Assembly (NCBI GenBank): GCA_046055745.1
Contig: JASFZG010000016.1
Span: 2,423-66,422, forward strand
DNA: 64,000 nucleotides
Source of the DNA: Flavobacteriaceae bacterium
GTDB lineage: Bacteria; Bacteroidota; Bacteroidia; Flavobacteriales; Flavobacteriaceae
Direction: 5' to 3'
The translations under genes were made by a program, and so were the position numbers. Shown here one piece after another: positions 1 through 9,740 of the stretch. Every line of letters begins with the position of its first letter. Within the stretch, counting starts at the first letter, position 1. A model generated the notes under the pieces. The model searched no databases. It was not told where the DNA came from and saw only the letters and a list, made by a program, of their open reading frames with translations.

Positions 1-1
1 T

Positions 2-883
2 GATGCAAAACACAAGGTTGTATTCGATAAAAGAACTGTAGCTAACAGAGAATTAAAAAGGCTGAAAGATTTAAAAATTGCATTACCCGAAGAAATTACA
101 GCACCCGATATTGAATCTTTAAAAACTGAAAAAGAGCAAATAACTACCGACAATGCAGCTCTTAAATCTCAATGGGAAATTGACAATACCGCACACCAAA
201 AAGAAGCTATTGAGTTTAATGAAATTCAAACTTCTTTTAGTAATGGAATTACACATTATTCAAACGCCTTAGATGATATGAAAAAATATCAAGGCAGAGC
301 TGTAGCTTCATTTATAGATTTTAAAGGCATTCAGAAAGCATTAGACGATATTCCTGAACCAAAAGAACATAAAGAGCTTACAACTTTAAAAGAACCAATA
401 TACGGTGATTTTGCGGAAATTGATTTGAAAATCGAAACAGCTATCGAGAACAAAGCTAAATTTGAGAATTACGAAACTGATTTAGCTGATTATAATTCTT
501 GGGTAAAAGATGGAACAGCAGCTAAAGAATTAGTTGAAAAATTAAAAGAGCAACTTGATAAAATTAATGCTGATAAATTTGAGGTTATCAAAAAAGCCAA
601 TCTACCTAAAGAGTTTGAAATTGGAGACGACGGCATTCTTTACAACGGACTTCCTTTAGATAATAACCAAATTTCAAGTTCAGCAAAATACATTTGTGCC
701 TTAAAACTTGGTTATTTAGCTCTCGGAAAAATAAGATGCTTACATTTCGACGCAAGCTTCTTAGATAACAATTCTCTTAGAGATGTACAAGAATGGGCTG
801 AATCAAAAGACTTGCAACTGCTAATTGAACGCCCTGAAATGTCAGGTGGAGATATTACGTATGAAATAATCCAAAATTTATAA
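2..883 (+). CDS. C-terminal part of an SMC/RecN-like coiled-coil ATPase (5' truncated by the window edge)
   Basis: Frame is open from position 2. Long coiled coil, then an ABC-signature-like QISSSAK and a terminal LQLLIE strand, as in phage SMC-like ATPases. Confidence 0.6.
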   Translation, partial: DAKHKVVFDKRTVANRELKRLKDLKIALPEEITAPDIESLKTEKEQITTDNAALKSQWEIDNTAHQKEAIEFNEIQTSFSNGITHYSNALDDMKKYQGRAVASFIDFKGIQKALDDIPEPKEHKELTTLKEPIYGDFAEIDLKIETAIENKAKFENYETDLADYNSWVKDGTAAKELVEKLKEQLDKINADKFEVIKKANLPKEFEIGDDGILYNGLPLDNNQISSSAKYICALKLGYLALGKIRCLHFDASFLDNNSLRDVQEWAESKDLQLLIERPEMSGGDITYEIIQNL

Positions 884-886
884 AAT

Positions 887-1300
887 ATGAGGTTGGCATT
901 AGTTAAGCAATTAGACAATTCTTTTAAATCAGCTTATGATAGTGATTATGATTATATAAAAAAGCTAAAAGTTGGTGAGATATATTTTTTTGAAGTTAAG
1001 CGAGAACGAAATATAAAATTTCATAGGAAGTTTTTTGCACTTATTAGAATGATTTATCAAAACCAAACGCACTATGATTTTGAAGACGAACTAAGAGAAG
1101 ATCTGCTTATTTCAGCAGGTATATATACAACTCATATCTCATTTTGGGGAGAAGAAACTAAGAAAGCTAAAAGTTTAAAATTTAGTAATATGAATCAAGA
1201 TGAATTTGATGATATGTATAATTCAGTTTTAGATGAAATAGTAAAACATTTTAATTTCGGAAAACAAGATATTATCAATAATGTCGAGCAATACTTTTAA
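887..1300 (+). CDS. DUF1367-like (NinB-related) protein
   Basis: RNIKFHRKFFAL and KSLKFSNMNQDEFDDMY motifs typical of DUF1367. Confidence 0.75.
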   Translation: MRLALVKQLDNSFKSAYDSDYDYIKKLKVGEIYFFEVKRERNIKFHRKFFALIRMIYQNQTHYDFEDELREDLLISAGIYTTHISFWGEETKKAKSLKFSNMNQDEFDDMYNSVLDEIVKHFNFGKQDIINNVEQYF

Positions 1301-1302
1301 TT

Positions 1303-1584
1303 ATGGACGAAAATTTAGAACATATTGAAAATTATATTGGTAAAGACCATCGGCTTCACACATTCGGTCATTCAAAAGTTTCTTTAATAATAGAAGTAGA
1401 GTCAAAGTTAAATTATGATAAAATATATTTTAGTCATACAGAATTTGAACTTGCTCGTTGCTTAGAAGTATTCCTGTACGTTCATAGCGTTGAAACATTC
1501 TCTTTTACCGATTGTGCTAGAAAAACAGGAATATCTTACCATAACGTAAGAAGAATTTACGATAAATATGTTAAAAATAATTAA
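1303..1584 (+). CDS. hypothetical protein with possible C-terminal HTH
   Basis: ORF in operon; FTDCARKTGISYHNVRRI is HTH-like. Confidence 0.45.
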   Translation: MDENLEHIENYIGKDHRLHTFGHSKVSLIIEVESKLNYDKIYFSHTEFELARCLEVFLYVHSVETFSFTDCARKTGISYHNVRRIYDKYVKNN

Positions 1585-1593
1585 TATTTTTAG

Positions 1594-1694
1594 TATATTT
1601 GAACTTTAAATCCCGTAACGATGAAAAAAACACAATTTAAAAGTCTAATGAAACAAACGCCAGTTACGGGGCTATGTGGATTTAGGCTTTTTTT
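1594..1694 (+). promoter_or_regulatory. Bacteroidota promoter plus structured leader (pseudoknot/terminator) upstream of the replication operon
   Basis: TATATTTG 1594-1601; CCCGTAAC 1612-1619 complementary to GTTACGGG 1663-1670; stem AAAAGTCTAA/TTAGGCTTTT followed by a T-tract. Confidence 0.65.
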
Positions 1695-1707
1695 GTTGCA
1701 ATAAACT

Positions 1708-1947
1708 ATGACTTTAAAAGAATATTTAAAAGAAAATAAGATAATACTTAATGGAGACCAAAGGTTTTTATTAGGAAAAAAAATAGCTATAATTTGGGAT
1801 TCTCAAAAAAGGGGAAACAAAAATTATATTCAAGAAGATGGACATAGAGTGAATGATTATACTATTAGTTTTTTGAAACACAAATCGATTAATCGAAATA
1901 TTATTAGATTTCTAACTAATTTAGAAAAGGAGGTTGATAATGGCTAA
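1708..1947 (+). CDS. hypothetical protein
   Basis: ORF with A-rich start context, overlapping the next gene. Confidence 0.55.
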   Translation: MTLKEYLKENKIILNGDQRFLLGKKIAIIWDSQKRGNKNYIQEDGHRVNDYTISFLKHKSINRNIIRFLTNLEKEVDNG

Positions 1948-2737
1948 ATTAAGAAGTTTAAATACTGAAATATGGTCTGATACTTGGTTTGAAAATTTGA
2001 ATCCTACTGAAAAATTACTTTTTATATATTTAATAACGAATAATAAAACTAATATGCTTGGCATATACGAAGCATCAATTAAACGAATTTCATTTGATAC
2101 TGGAATAGAAAAAGAAATGGTTTCAAAGGCTTTAGAAGGGTTTGAAAGGGTTAAAAAAGTAAAATATAAAGAAAATCATATTATTTTGATTAATTATTTA
2201 AAACATCAAAACTATAATCCAAATATGATGAAGTCTGCAATAGAAACTTTTAATAATTTACCTAAACAGTTTGAGTATGAACACATTAATATAGAAAAAG
2301 GTTCAACAAAAGAAACGGTTTTAAACTGTTTCGTAACCCTTTCAAAGCGTTTAGGAATGGTTCGGAAAGTAGAAGTAGAAGTAGAAGTAGAAGTATTAGA
2401 AAAAGAAAAGCCTAAAAAAACAAAAAAAGTTTTTTCAGAAGAGGTTTTAAAATGCTTTGAAAATTGTTTATTATATTTTCCTAAAGAATTACACCCAAAA
2501 AAACGTGATAGTTGGTTAGACACTATTGAAAAATTAAATAGAATTGATAAATATCAATTTTCAGAAATTGAACATATTGTTGAAAGTGCAAGGTCAGACG
2601 ATTTTTGGGAAAAACATTTTTTTTCAATTTTAAAATTAAGGAAATTAAATCCTGATAATATAAAATATATCGTTGTTTTTCAACAGAAGTTCAAACTAAT
2701 TAATACACCAAAATATAAATATAGTGGCAATAGATAG
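1934..2737 (+). CDS. phage replication initiator (replisome-organiser type)
   Basis: N-terminal TEIWSDTWF...KLLFIYLITN...GIY...ISFDTG pattern, EVEVEVE linker, C-terminal DDFW domain; followed by a loader ATPase. Confidence 0.7.
   Translation: MIMAKLRSLNTEIWSDTWFENLNPTEKLLFIYLITNNKTNMLGIYEASIKRISFDTGIEKEMVSKALEGFERVKKVKYKENHIILINYLKHQNYNPNMMKSAIETFNNLPKQFEYEHINIEKGSTKETVLNCFVTLSKRLGMVRKVEVEVEVEVLEKEKPKKTKKVFSEEVLKCFENCLLYFPKELHPKKRDSWLDTIEKLNRIDKYQFSEIEHIVESARSDDFWEKHFFSILKLRKLNPDNIKYIVVFQQKFKLINTPKYKYSGNR
2116..2396. repeat. putative iteron-type origin inside the initiator gene
   Basis: Degenerate AAnGGTTT-like repeats at about 10-11 bp period (2116-2155 and 2312-2366), then about five GAAGTA repeats. 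Confidence 0.4.
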
Positions 2738-2773
2738 AAAAAAAAAACAGATCCAGAAAAAATAGGGAATTTA

Positions 2774-3715
2774 ATGGCAAGTCAAGTTATTGGGAAAAAA
2801 CCACGTATTCCACAAACCTATGCAATACGTAAAATTAGAAATACGGACGAAGATAAGGAATTTTGCGACCGTATTGATAAAAGGATTTATGAGTGGGAAA
2901 CTAAGTTTAAAAAACACCAAGAACAAAAAGCAATAGAACACGCAGAAAACAAAAAATTGTCAGATGAATTTATTATAAAAAAAATACCTTCTATAATTTT
3001 AACACCAAAAAAAATATATGAAAATTTTAGATTAGCTTATGAAATTTTAAATAAAAAACAGTTTGAAGAAATAAACCCGTATTCAAATATAGACGAACCT
3101 CACGTTTACGTTTTTACTTTGATTTACTATTTTTTAAAAGATGAAAGGTTCTTTAAAAGCCCATTGCTTCGTAAAGATTTATCAGAACCAAGTTTTGATA
3201 AAGGAACGTTAACTATTGGAGGTTACGGATGCGGAAAAACATCAACTTGGAATGCACTACTATATTATTTTTCTAAACTAACAAAATATGTTAAAGAAAA
3301 AAGACCTGAAAATCAACAGGAATTAACTAATAAATTTACAGTTAATAAATGTGTTTCTTCGGAAATTGTGAGTATGTACGATTTAGCACTTAGTAAAATA
3401 GAAACTATTGAATTAATGCGACCTTTACTTAGTTACAAATCGCTTTATATTGATGATATTATGCGAGAAAAAGACGCTAATAATTTTGGAAAAAACAACA
3501 TATTTCTAGGTGTTTTGACTAATAGGGCGGATAGAAACTCGCCAACGCATTTAACGATGAATCCGATTGAAAAAAAAGTAAATGGAAAAAATGAATTTGA
3601 AGATACAGAAGAATCTTTATTATCTTTTAAAAACAGATATGATGGTAGAATACACGACAGAATATTCGGGAATTACAACATAATAGAGCTAAAATCAAAA
3701 TCATTTAGAAGATAA
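2774..3715 (+). CDS. DnaC/IstB-like helicase-loader ATPase
   Basis: Walker A GGYGCGKT, Walker B LYIDD, THLTMN, RYDGRIHDRI, terminal KSFRR. True start may be an in-frame GTG about 50 nt upstream. Confidence 0.8.
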   Translation: MASQVIGKKPRIPQTYAIRKIRNTDEDKEFCDRIDKRIYEWETKFKKHQEQKAIEHAENKKLSDEFIIKKIPSIILTPKKIYENFRLAYEILNKKQFEEINPYSNIDEPHVYVFTLIYYFLKDERFFKSPLLRKDLSEPSFDKGTLTIGGYGCGKTSTWNALLYYFSKLTKYVKEKRPENQQELTNKFTVNKCVSSEIVSMYDLALSKIETIELMRPLLSYKSLYIDDIMREKDANNFGKNNIFLGVLTNRADRNSPTHLTMNPIEKKVNGKNEFEDTEESLLSFKNRYDGRIHDRIFGNYNIIELKSKSFRR

Positions 3716-3745
3716 AAACAACAAAATGAAAACACAATAGAAATT

Positions 3746-4111
3746 ATGAAAAAAAACGAATTTAAAACAACGCACAATTTAAATTTTGGAACAGCACCAT
3801 TTAACTCTAAAATAGCTCAAAAACCAAATCTAAAAAGATTTAAGATTGGAACTTGCATCGGAGTTTGGGGAGTAACGCAAGACTCGTATGAAATACATTC
3901 TATTAATAATTTAGAACAAGGTAATGGGCATTTTGAAGATGTATTAGAATGGTTTGAATACTCAGCAAAACGAGACTCTTGTAAACTTGTTTTTACAGAC
4001 GTAAACGACAGGTTTAAAAAACACTTAATTGAAAAAAGGGGATATATCGAAACAACAAGGAATGATTGTGAAAAAGATTTTTCTACACTTTTTAGTTCAA
4101 GTAAAAAATGA
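3746..4111 (+). CDS. putative GNAT-fold protein
   Basis: EIHSI...QGNGHF and terminal LIEKRGY resemble GNAT motifs A and B. Confidence 0.45.
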   Translation: MKKNEFKTTHNLNFGTAPFNSKIAQKPNLKRFKIGTCIGVWGVTQDSYEIHSINNLEQGNGHFEDVLEWFEYSAKRDSCKLVFTDVNDRFKKHLIEKRGYIETTRNDCEKDFSTLFSSSKK

Positions 4112-4404
4112 GCAAGCAAATTAATATCGGCATAGGAATCAAGAAGTTCCGGAAAGAAAAAGGCTATACCCAAACCCAATTTTGCGAAATAACAGGATAT
4201 AGCCAAACCTATTTATCTCAGATAGAAAGAGCAAAACAAACACCGACAATACAATTTATTAATGATGTCGCAAAACATCTTAAAGTTAGTGTGGTGCAAT
4301 TATTTTGGAGTAGTATTGAAGAAAAAAACATCAAGCCTTCCAAGAGAGAAAACTTCAAGGTTTTAAAACCAAGTATCAATAAAATGTTTAAAGAAATCTT
4401 TTAA
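4108..4404 (+). CDS. XRE-family HTH regulator
   Basis: IKKFRKEKGYTQTQFCEITGYSQTYLSQIER. Confidence 0.9.
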   Translation: MSKQINIGIGIKKFRKEKGYTQTQFCEITGYSQTYLSQIERAKQTPTIQFINDVAKHLKVSVVQLFWSSIEEKNIKPSKRENFKVLKPSINKMFKEIF

Positions 4405-4406
4405 TT

Positions 4407-4748
4407 ATGAGCAATTCTGTGAAATGTATTTGTGTTGATGATAAAAACAAACCAGTAGAAATACCTGATTCTAAATGGGTAAAAAGTGGCGAACAATACC
4501 ATATAACCCACGTATTCGTAATGAAGAATCAAAAGAACATTAAAGGCTGTGAGATTGCAGAATTTGACATTTCTATGCACGATCCATACAACTGTTACCG
4601 ACTAAGTAGATTTGCTTTTTCGGTGGAAGATTTAAGAAAACTATTTGAGTTAATTTCAAGATGTGACGAACTTAATCAATTAAGTGACTTAGATATTCAG
4701 AAATTAGTAGATGATGTTCCTGTTAAAAGACTAATTATTAACGATTAA
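4407..4748 (+). CDS. hypothetical protein
   Basis: ORF in operon. Confidence 0.6.
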   Translation: MSNSVKCICVDDKNKPVEIPDSKWVKSGEQYHITHVFVMKNQKNIKGCEIAEFDISMHDPYNCYRLSRFAFSVEDLRKLFELISRCDELNQLSDLDIQKLVDDVPVKRLIIND

Positions 4749-4758
4749 ATAAAAAACA

Positions 4759-5121
4759 ATGAAAAATCCAAAATTTACAATTACTACAAAAAACAACCAA
4801 TCTCATTTTGTTCTTAAAGCAAAAAATGGAGAGGTTATTCTTTCAAGCGAAATGTACAATTCTAAACAAGCTTGTGAAAACGGAATAGAGTCTGTAAAAG
4901 AGTATTCGCAAGAATTTAAGTGTTTTGACACAAAAATATCAAACGATAATAAACCATATTTTGTTTTAAAGGCAGCCAACGGAGAAGTGATCGGTGTAAG
5001 CGAAACCTACAATACTCAAAAAGCTATGCTGAAAGGCGCAGATTCTGTTGCTAAAAACGCTCCTATTGCACAAATAGAACATATTAATATAGACCCAATT
5101 AATAACCAAGAAGAAGAATAA
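4759..5121 (+). CDS. YegP/DUF1508 family protein
   Basis: Tandem FVLKAxNGEVIxxSExY repeats. Confidence 0.9.
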   Translation: MKNPKFTITTKNNQSHFVLKAKNGEVILSSEMYNSKQACENGIESVKEYSQEFKCFDTKISNDNKPYFVLKAANGEVIGVSETYNTQKAMLKGADSVAKNAPIAQIEHINIDPINNQEEE

Positions 5122-5129
5122 TTAGTCTT

Positions 5130-5381
5130 TTGCAACTATATATTATAATATATCACTATATTTGTAATATAAAAGTAATGATAATGGAATATAATATTAA
5201 AGATTTTGTAGCTAATAAGAGTTTAGCATCATTTAGAGTTACCCAATGGATAGGTGTTTATACAAAAAAAGAGGTCGCAGAAATACTAAAGATGTCAAGA
5301 CCCACATTAGATTTTAAATTAAAAAACCATTCTTGGAGAGTGGAAGAAATTAAAATAATAATTAAAAATTTTGTCTTTTAA
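5130..5381 (+). CDS. small HTH DNA-binding protein (true start probably about 5178-5184)
   Basis: TKKEVAEILKMSRPTL; promoter TATATTTG at 5157-5164 lies upstream of the internal ATGs. Confidence 0.6.
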   Translation: MQLYIIIYHYICNIKVMIMEYNIKDFVANKSLASFRVTQWIGVYTKKEVAEILKMSRPTLDFKLKNHSWRVEEIKIIIKNFVF

Positions 5382-6106
5382 TATGAATGAATTGATTAGA
5401 ATTACGGAAAACGAAAACGGAGCAAAAGCTGTTTCTGCAAGAGAATTACACGCTTTTTTAGAAGCAACCGAAAGATTCAGTACTTGGATTGACAGACAGT
5501 TTAAGTACGGATTTGAAGAAAATATTGATTATGTAGGGTGTAAACAATTTAACGCCCTTGCAAATCAGACGCTTAACGATTTCGCATTAACTATTGATAC
5601 TTCAAAAGAAATTTCAATGTTACAAAAAAGCGAAAAAGGAAAGCAAGCAAGAAAATACTTTATAGAATGTGAAGCCCAATTAAAACAACAATTTAAACTT
5701 CCACAAAACTATGCTCAGGCATTAATTGAATTAGCAAAAAAAGGTAGAGCAGCAAGAAAAAACGACTTTAGAACTAAAACAAGCAGCCTTAATTATAGCT
5801 GAAAATAAACCTAAAGTAGTTTTTGCGGATAGTGTTATTGGGAGTTCAAACTCTATATTAATACGCCAATTTGCTAAAGATTTGTCAGACGACACCTTTA
5901 AAATAGGGCAAAACAGATTGTTTGAATGGATGCGAAAAAATAAATACTTACAAAACAGCAATGAGCCATATCAAAACTATATTGATATGGGGCTTTTTGA
6001 AGTTATTACAAGATCTGTAGGTAGCGGAATAGAAACATTCACGACCAAAACAACTAAAGTCACAGGACGTGGAGCTGTTTATTTTGCTAAAAAAATTAAA
6101 TCGTAA
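5371..6106 (+). CDS. antirepressor (AntA/AntB N-domain plus KilAC C-domain) split by a +1 frameshift at the A7 run 5736-5742
   Basis: VSARELHAFL...GKQARKYFIECE...LPQNYAQAL; the +1 frame continues VEQQ...ENKPKVVFADSV...IGQNRLFEWMR...TKVTGRG. Confidence 0.8.
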
Positions 6107-6116
6107 CCTAAAAAAA

Positions 6117-6611
6117 TTAGTCAGAATAATAATCAGCAAGAACGCTTTTCATTTTTGCTTTTGCATCAAGTTCTAAAACTCTATTTTCTTTTATATAATT
6201 AGCAGAATTATTAAGGGTTGAATAAAAGTAATCCGCAATTTCCTTCCCATATTTTGTGATCCTATAATAGTTCTTCTTTTTTGCCGTAAAATCAGTCACA
6301 ATAAAACCCAATGCTAGGTATTCTACAAGTTTTATACTCCTATCTAATACCTTTATATCAAAACGAAATACAGATAGTTCATTCAGATAAATTAATACTA
6401 TTACATTTTCATATCTAATTCCGTACTTATTACAAGCGTCTTGAAGATTAAAAAGTAATGAAGCTATATTAAATTTATCAATATTAAAATCAGATATTTC
6501 TTTTTTTGGCGGTTCAACAAAATCGGAGCTTCTTATTTTTTTCCGGACAAAACTAATTGGCTCTTCTTTTGATACGTCTATTTTCTTTATATTATTATAT
6601 CCTTTACCCAT
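6117..6611 (-). CDS. putative winged-helix regulator, divergent from the capsid operon
   Basis: C-terminal LGFIV...YYRITKYGKEI wing pattern. Confidence 0.5.
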   Translation of the reverse strand: MGKGYNNIKKIDVSKEEPISFVRKKIRSSDFVEPPKKEISDFNIDKFNIASLLFNLQDACNKYGIRYENVIVLIYLNELSVFRFDIKVLDRSIKLVEYLALGFIVTDFTAKKKNYYRITKYGKEIADYFYSTLNNSANYIKENRVLELDAKAKMKSVLADYYSD

Positions 6612-6624
6612 TTTTTTTCACTAA

Positions 6625-6655
6625 AACCCATTCATTATTTTGAATGGGTTTTTTT
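6625..6655. promoter_or_regulatory. palindrome between divergent genes (terminator-like or operator)
   Basis: AAAACCCATTCA-TTATTT-TGAATGGGTTTT. Confidence 0.5.
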
Positions 6656-6763
6656 CGTTACAACTAAAATAACTAAAAAACACCAAACATTACCTACTAT
6701 TCTGTCATTTTTAATTATTGATATTTATTATTGTACTATAATTCAAAACAAAACAGACAGAAA

Positions 6764-8029
6764 ATGTACACAGAAGAAAATATTACAGTAGTAGGACGAG
6801 ATAAGCCTAAGCCTGTAGCGGAAGCAAAAACCGACGACTTAAACGCTAAAGAGTCAAAAGAACCTATTAACAAAGAGAAAATTCAGGTAGCTGAAAATAT
6901 TGATGTTGACAAGGATAAAATTGACAAAAATCCTTTAGAGGAAAAGAAAGAAGTAAAAGCTGATGCAAATTTAGATAATAAGAAAGAAGTTAAAACTGAA
7001 AGTAAATCGGACTCGGCCAAAGGAGCTGACAAAGAGGATAAGGAAAATGCCTTTGCTGTTAGTTTTGATGATGATAAAAAAGAAGTTGTAAAAACTCCCG
7101 AAGAACTAGAGAATAAACAGGAAGCTGTTTCTATGTCAGAAGAAAGTGTATTGCAATTCCTTCAAAAAGAATATCCTGATGCCTTTGCAGAAGTAAATTC
7201 AATTTCAGAAATATCTAAAAAAGAAGTGTTCGCTGATCCAGTTTTAGCGTTTCAGAAATATCACAAGGAAACCGGTAGAGGTATCGAGGACTTTTACAAT
7301 CTCCAAAAAGATTGGAAGCAAGAAGCCCAAGAAGACGTTTTAAGGGAGTACTATAAAATGACAAGCGAAGGCTTTTCAGAAGAAGATATTGACGATCAAA
7401 TGGATATTATTTCCGTTAGTGAAGACTATGAGTTGGAAAACAGCGAAGAGGATGTAAAAAGGCGTAAAATAGCTTTTAAGAAAGAGTACAACAAAGCTCT
7501 TAAACACTTAGAATCTAAATCTAAAGAGTATGAAACCCCTTTAGGAAACGCACCAACAAATGAAAACGGACAACCTCAACAGCTTACCGAAAAGCAACTG
7601 GCAGAAGCCTACAAGCCTTATTGGGAAGCAAGAGATAAAACGCTTTCAGAGTTGGAAGATTTTAAATTCTCAATAGGTATTGGAGAAGTTAAACTGCCGA
7701 TAACTAAAGAGCAGAAAGAGATGATTGCAGAAAAATCGCAAACAGAAAATTCGTTCTTTAAATCTTGGATAACAGACAAAGGCTTAATTAATACCAAACA
7801 AAGTGTTGAAGACACCGCTTGGGCGATTCCTGAAATAAGAAAAGTTCTATTGGCAGAAGCAGCAAAACAAATACACGCTATCTCAATCGAAGACGACTCT
7901 AAAAAAAGGCGTAATGTCAAATTAGATAAAGTTCCTGAGAAAGCAAAAGAAGTAAGTAGAAGAGGTGTTCAGGTTTTTGGCGGAAACGACGCAAACCAAA
8001 TGGGGCAACCTCTAATTCAAAAAAATTAA
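6764..8029 (+). CDS. acidic capsid scaffolding-like protein
   Basis: Very acidic, low-complexity N-terminus; KETGRGIEDF motif; sits directly before the capsid gene as in crAss-related phages. Confidence 0.6.
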   Translation: MYTEENITVVGRDKPKPVAEAKTDDLNAKESKEPINKEKIQVAENIDVDKDKIDKNPLEEKKEVKADANLDNKKEVKTESKSDSAKGADKEDKENAFAVSFDDDKKEVVKTPEELENKQEAVSMSEESVLQFLQKEYPDAFAEVNSISEISKKEVFADPVLAFQKYHKETGRGIEDFYNLQKDWKQEAQEDVLREYYKMTSEGFSEEDIDDQMDIISVSEDYELENSEEDVKRRKIAFKKEYNKALKHLESKSKEYETPLGNAPTNENGQPQQLTEKQLAEAYKPYWEARDKTLSELEDFKFSIGIGEVKLPITKEQKEMIAEKSQTENSFFKSWITDKGLINTKQSVEDTAWAIPEIRKVLLAEAAKQIHAISIEDDSKKRRNVKLDKVPEKAKEVSRRGVQVFGGNDANQMGQPLIQKN

Positions 8030-8048
8030 AAACTAAAATTTAGAAATT

Positions 8049-9446
8049 ATGGAAATTACCTTACCAGTAAACCCACTTAATAATATATCTCCGAATATAT
8101 TAAACGATAAAACATATCGTGACCCTTTTGTATTATTAGCAGAAGTACAAGCAAGAGCAGGTCTTCCACAAGAAACGTTAGACCAAGTTTATACAGACTG
8201 TTTACAGTTAACAAAAGATTCTTGGCTTGGATTTTTAGACATGTTCCAAATGAATATGCCTTTTACGACTGACTTTGTTCAGTTTGTTGAACATCAAACT
8301 CCTGATTACGTTATTGACGACGATGGAGCTGTAACAAGAGCATTAAATGTATTTACGATTGTTCCTGCAAATATCGATGGATGGGAAGTAGGAGAAGATT
8401 ATTTCTTTTATAGAGTAAACGATGTTGTTGCTGTTTATGATAACGCAGGTGTAAAAGAACTTGGTGTTATTACAGCAGTAGATAAAGCAGGAAACAACTT
8501 TACAGCAGTTTGTAGAGCAGCAGCTACTTGGTCAGTTGACACAACAAACATCACTATTGATGTAAACGGTTCTGATTTCGACAGAGCATCTTGTGGGCCG
8601 GAAGGATTAATGGAATTACGTAAAACTAAGACCGAAATTCTTAAACTACAAATAATTAAAGATGCTATTGACTACACAGGTGGGCGTAGATATGCTTTTC
8701 CTTTAGACGAGCATAACGACGAAGTTGCTTGGTACGATGAAAACAGTATCGAACTATTACGTAGATTAAATGTTAAAGTGGCTAAAACTTTAATGAATGA
8801 TGAAGAAAGTGTTGATGGTTCAGCAGCTCACGCAATCGGTAAATACGGAACTAAAGGTTTATTCCAAAAGTTACGTACTGATGGTGTATGGCAAAGTGAT
8901 TATATCCAAACCGAAGCAGAATTAGAAGCCTTAACTGACTACTATGATTCTTTAGGAATGAAAACGAAAGAGTTTGTTATCCATTGTGATACCCAACAAT
9001 ATCGTTACTTAGAAGTTCTTGCAGGCGCATTAGGAACAAGATTTAACATTAATTTAGAACTTGAATTAAATAATGTTCAAGATAATATGATGAGATTTGG
9101 TTTTCACGGATTTATTAAAGACGGTTACACATTTTGGTTCACTAAATGGGAATTGAAAAACGGTAATAGCCCATTAGGTAAAAATAGAATCGCAGATACA
9201 ATGCCAAAAGGAATTATTATGCCTAAAGGTACAGTTGAAACGAAAATAATGGGAGAAACTAAACAAGTTCCTTACATTTTCAAAGCTTACCAAGATATGA
9301 AAGAAAAATCAGGAATGATTAGAACTTTCTTTTCAGGCGGTTTCGCAAATGGAAATGGATCAGATTGTGAGAATCTTAAAATCACAAAATCTACGACAGT
9401 AGCATTAGCAGTGGTTTGCCCCGAAGCAATCACGATAATCGGCTAA
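8049..9446 (+). CDS. major capsid protein (crAss-related type)
   Basis: 465 aa; GTKGLF and RFGFHGFIKDGYTF motifs; highly expressed codon bias; strong terminator follows. Confidence 0.75.
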   Translation: MEITLPVNPLNNISPNILNDKTYRDPFVLLAEVQARAGLPQETLDQVYTDCLQLTKDSWLGFLDMFQMNMPFTTDFVQFVEHQTPDYVIDDDGAVTRALNVFTIVPANIDGWEVGEDYFFYRVNDVVAVYDNAGVKELGVITAVDKAGNNFTAVCRAAATWSVDTTNITIDVNGSDFDRASCGPEGLMELRKTKTEILKLQIIKDAIDYTGGRRYAFPLDEHNDEVAWYDENSIELLRRLNVKVAKTLMNDEESVDGSAAHAIGKYGTKGLFQKLRTDGVWQSDYIQTEAELEALTDYYDSLGMKTKEFVIHCDTQQYRYLEVLAGALGTRFNINLELELNNVQDNMMRFGFHGFIKDGYTFWFTKWELKNGNSPLGKNRIADTMPKGIIMPKGTVETKIMGETKQVPYIFKAYQDMKEKSGMIRTFFSGGFANGNGSDCENLKITKSTTVALAVVCPEAITIIG

Positions 9447-9471
9447 TTATCAGATAGTTACAATTAATATT

Positions 9472-9506
9472 AAACGCCTATATAATTAGTATAGGCGTTT
9501 TTTTTT
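9472..9506 (+). terminator. Rho-independent terminator after the capsid gene
   Basis: AAACGCCTATA/TATAGGCGTTT stem with T-run. Confidence 0.85.
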
Positions 9507-9740
9507 GCTTATATAGGAACTTTCCAAACAAAAGAAGAAGCTTTTGCTTTCAAAAAAACATTACGATAGTAAATAGCTTTAATTACCTAAAACAAAAGAG
9601 CAAAGATTATTTTTAGTGTATCATTGTAGAGACATTAACTTGTCTATTAACTCTGTTTTGAAATGGCGTTGTAAATTTATTTTGCAACGTCATTGTTTTT
9701 TTTTACCTTTGGCAATATATCTCAAAACAAAACAGAACAA

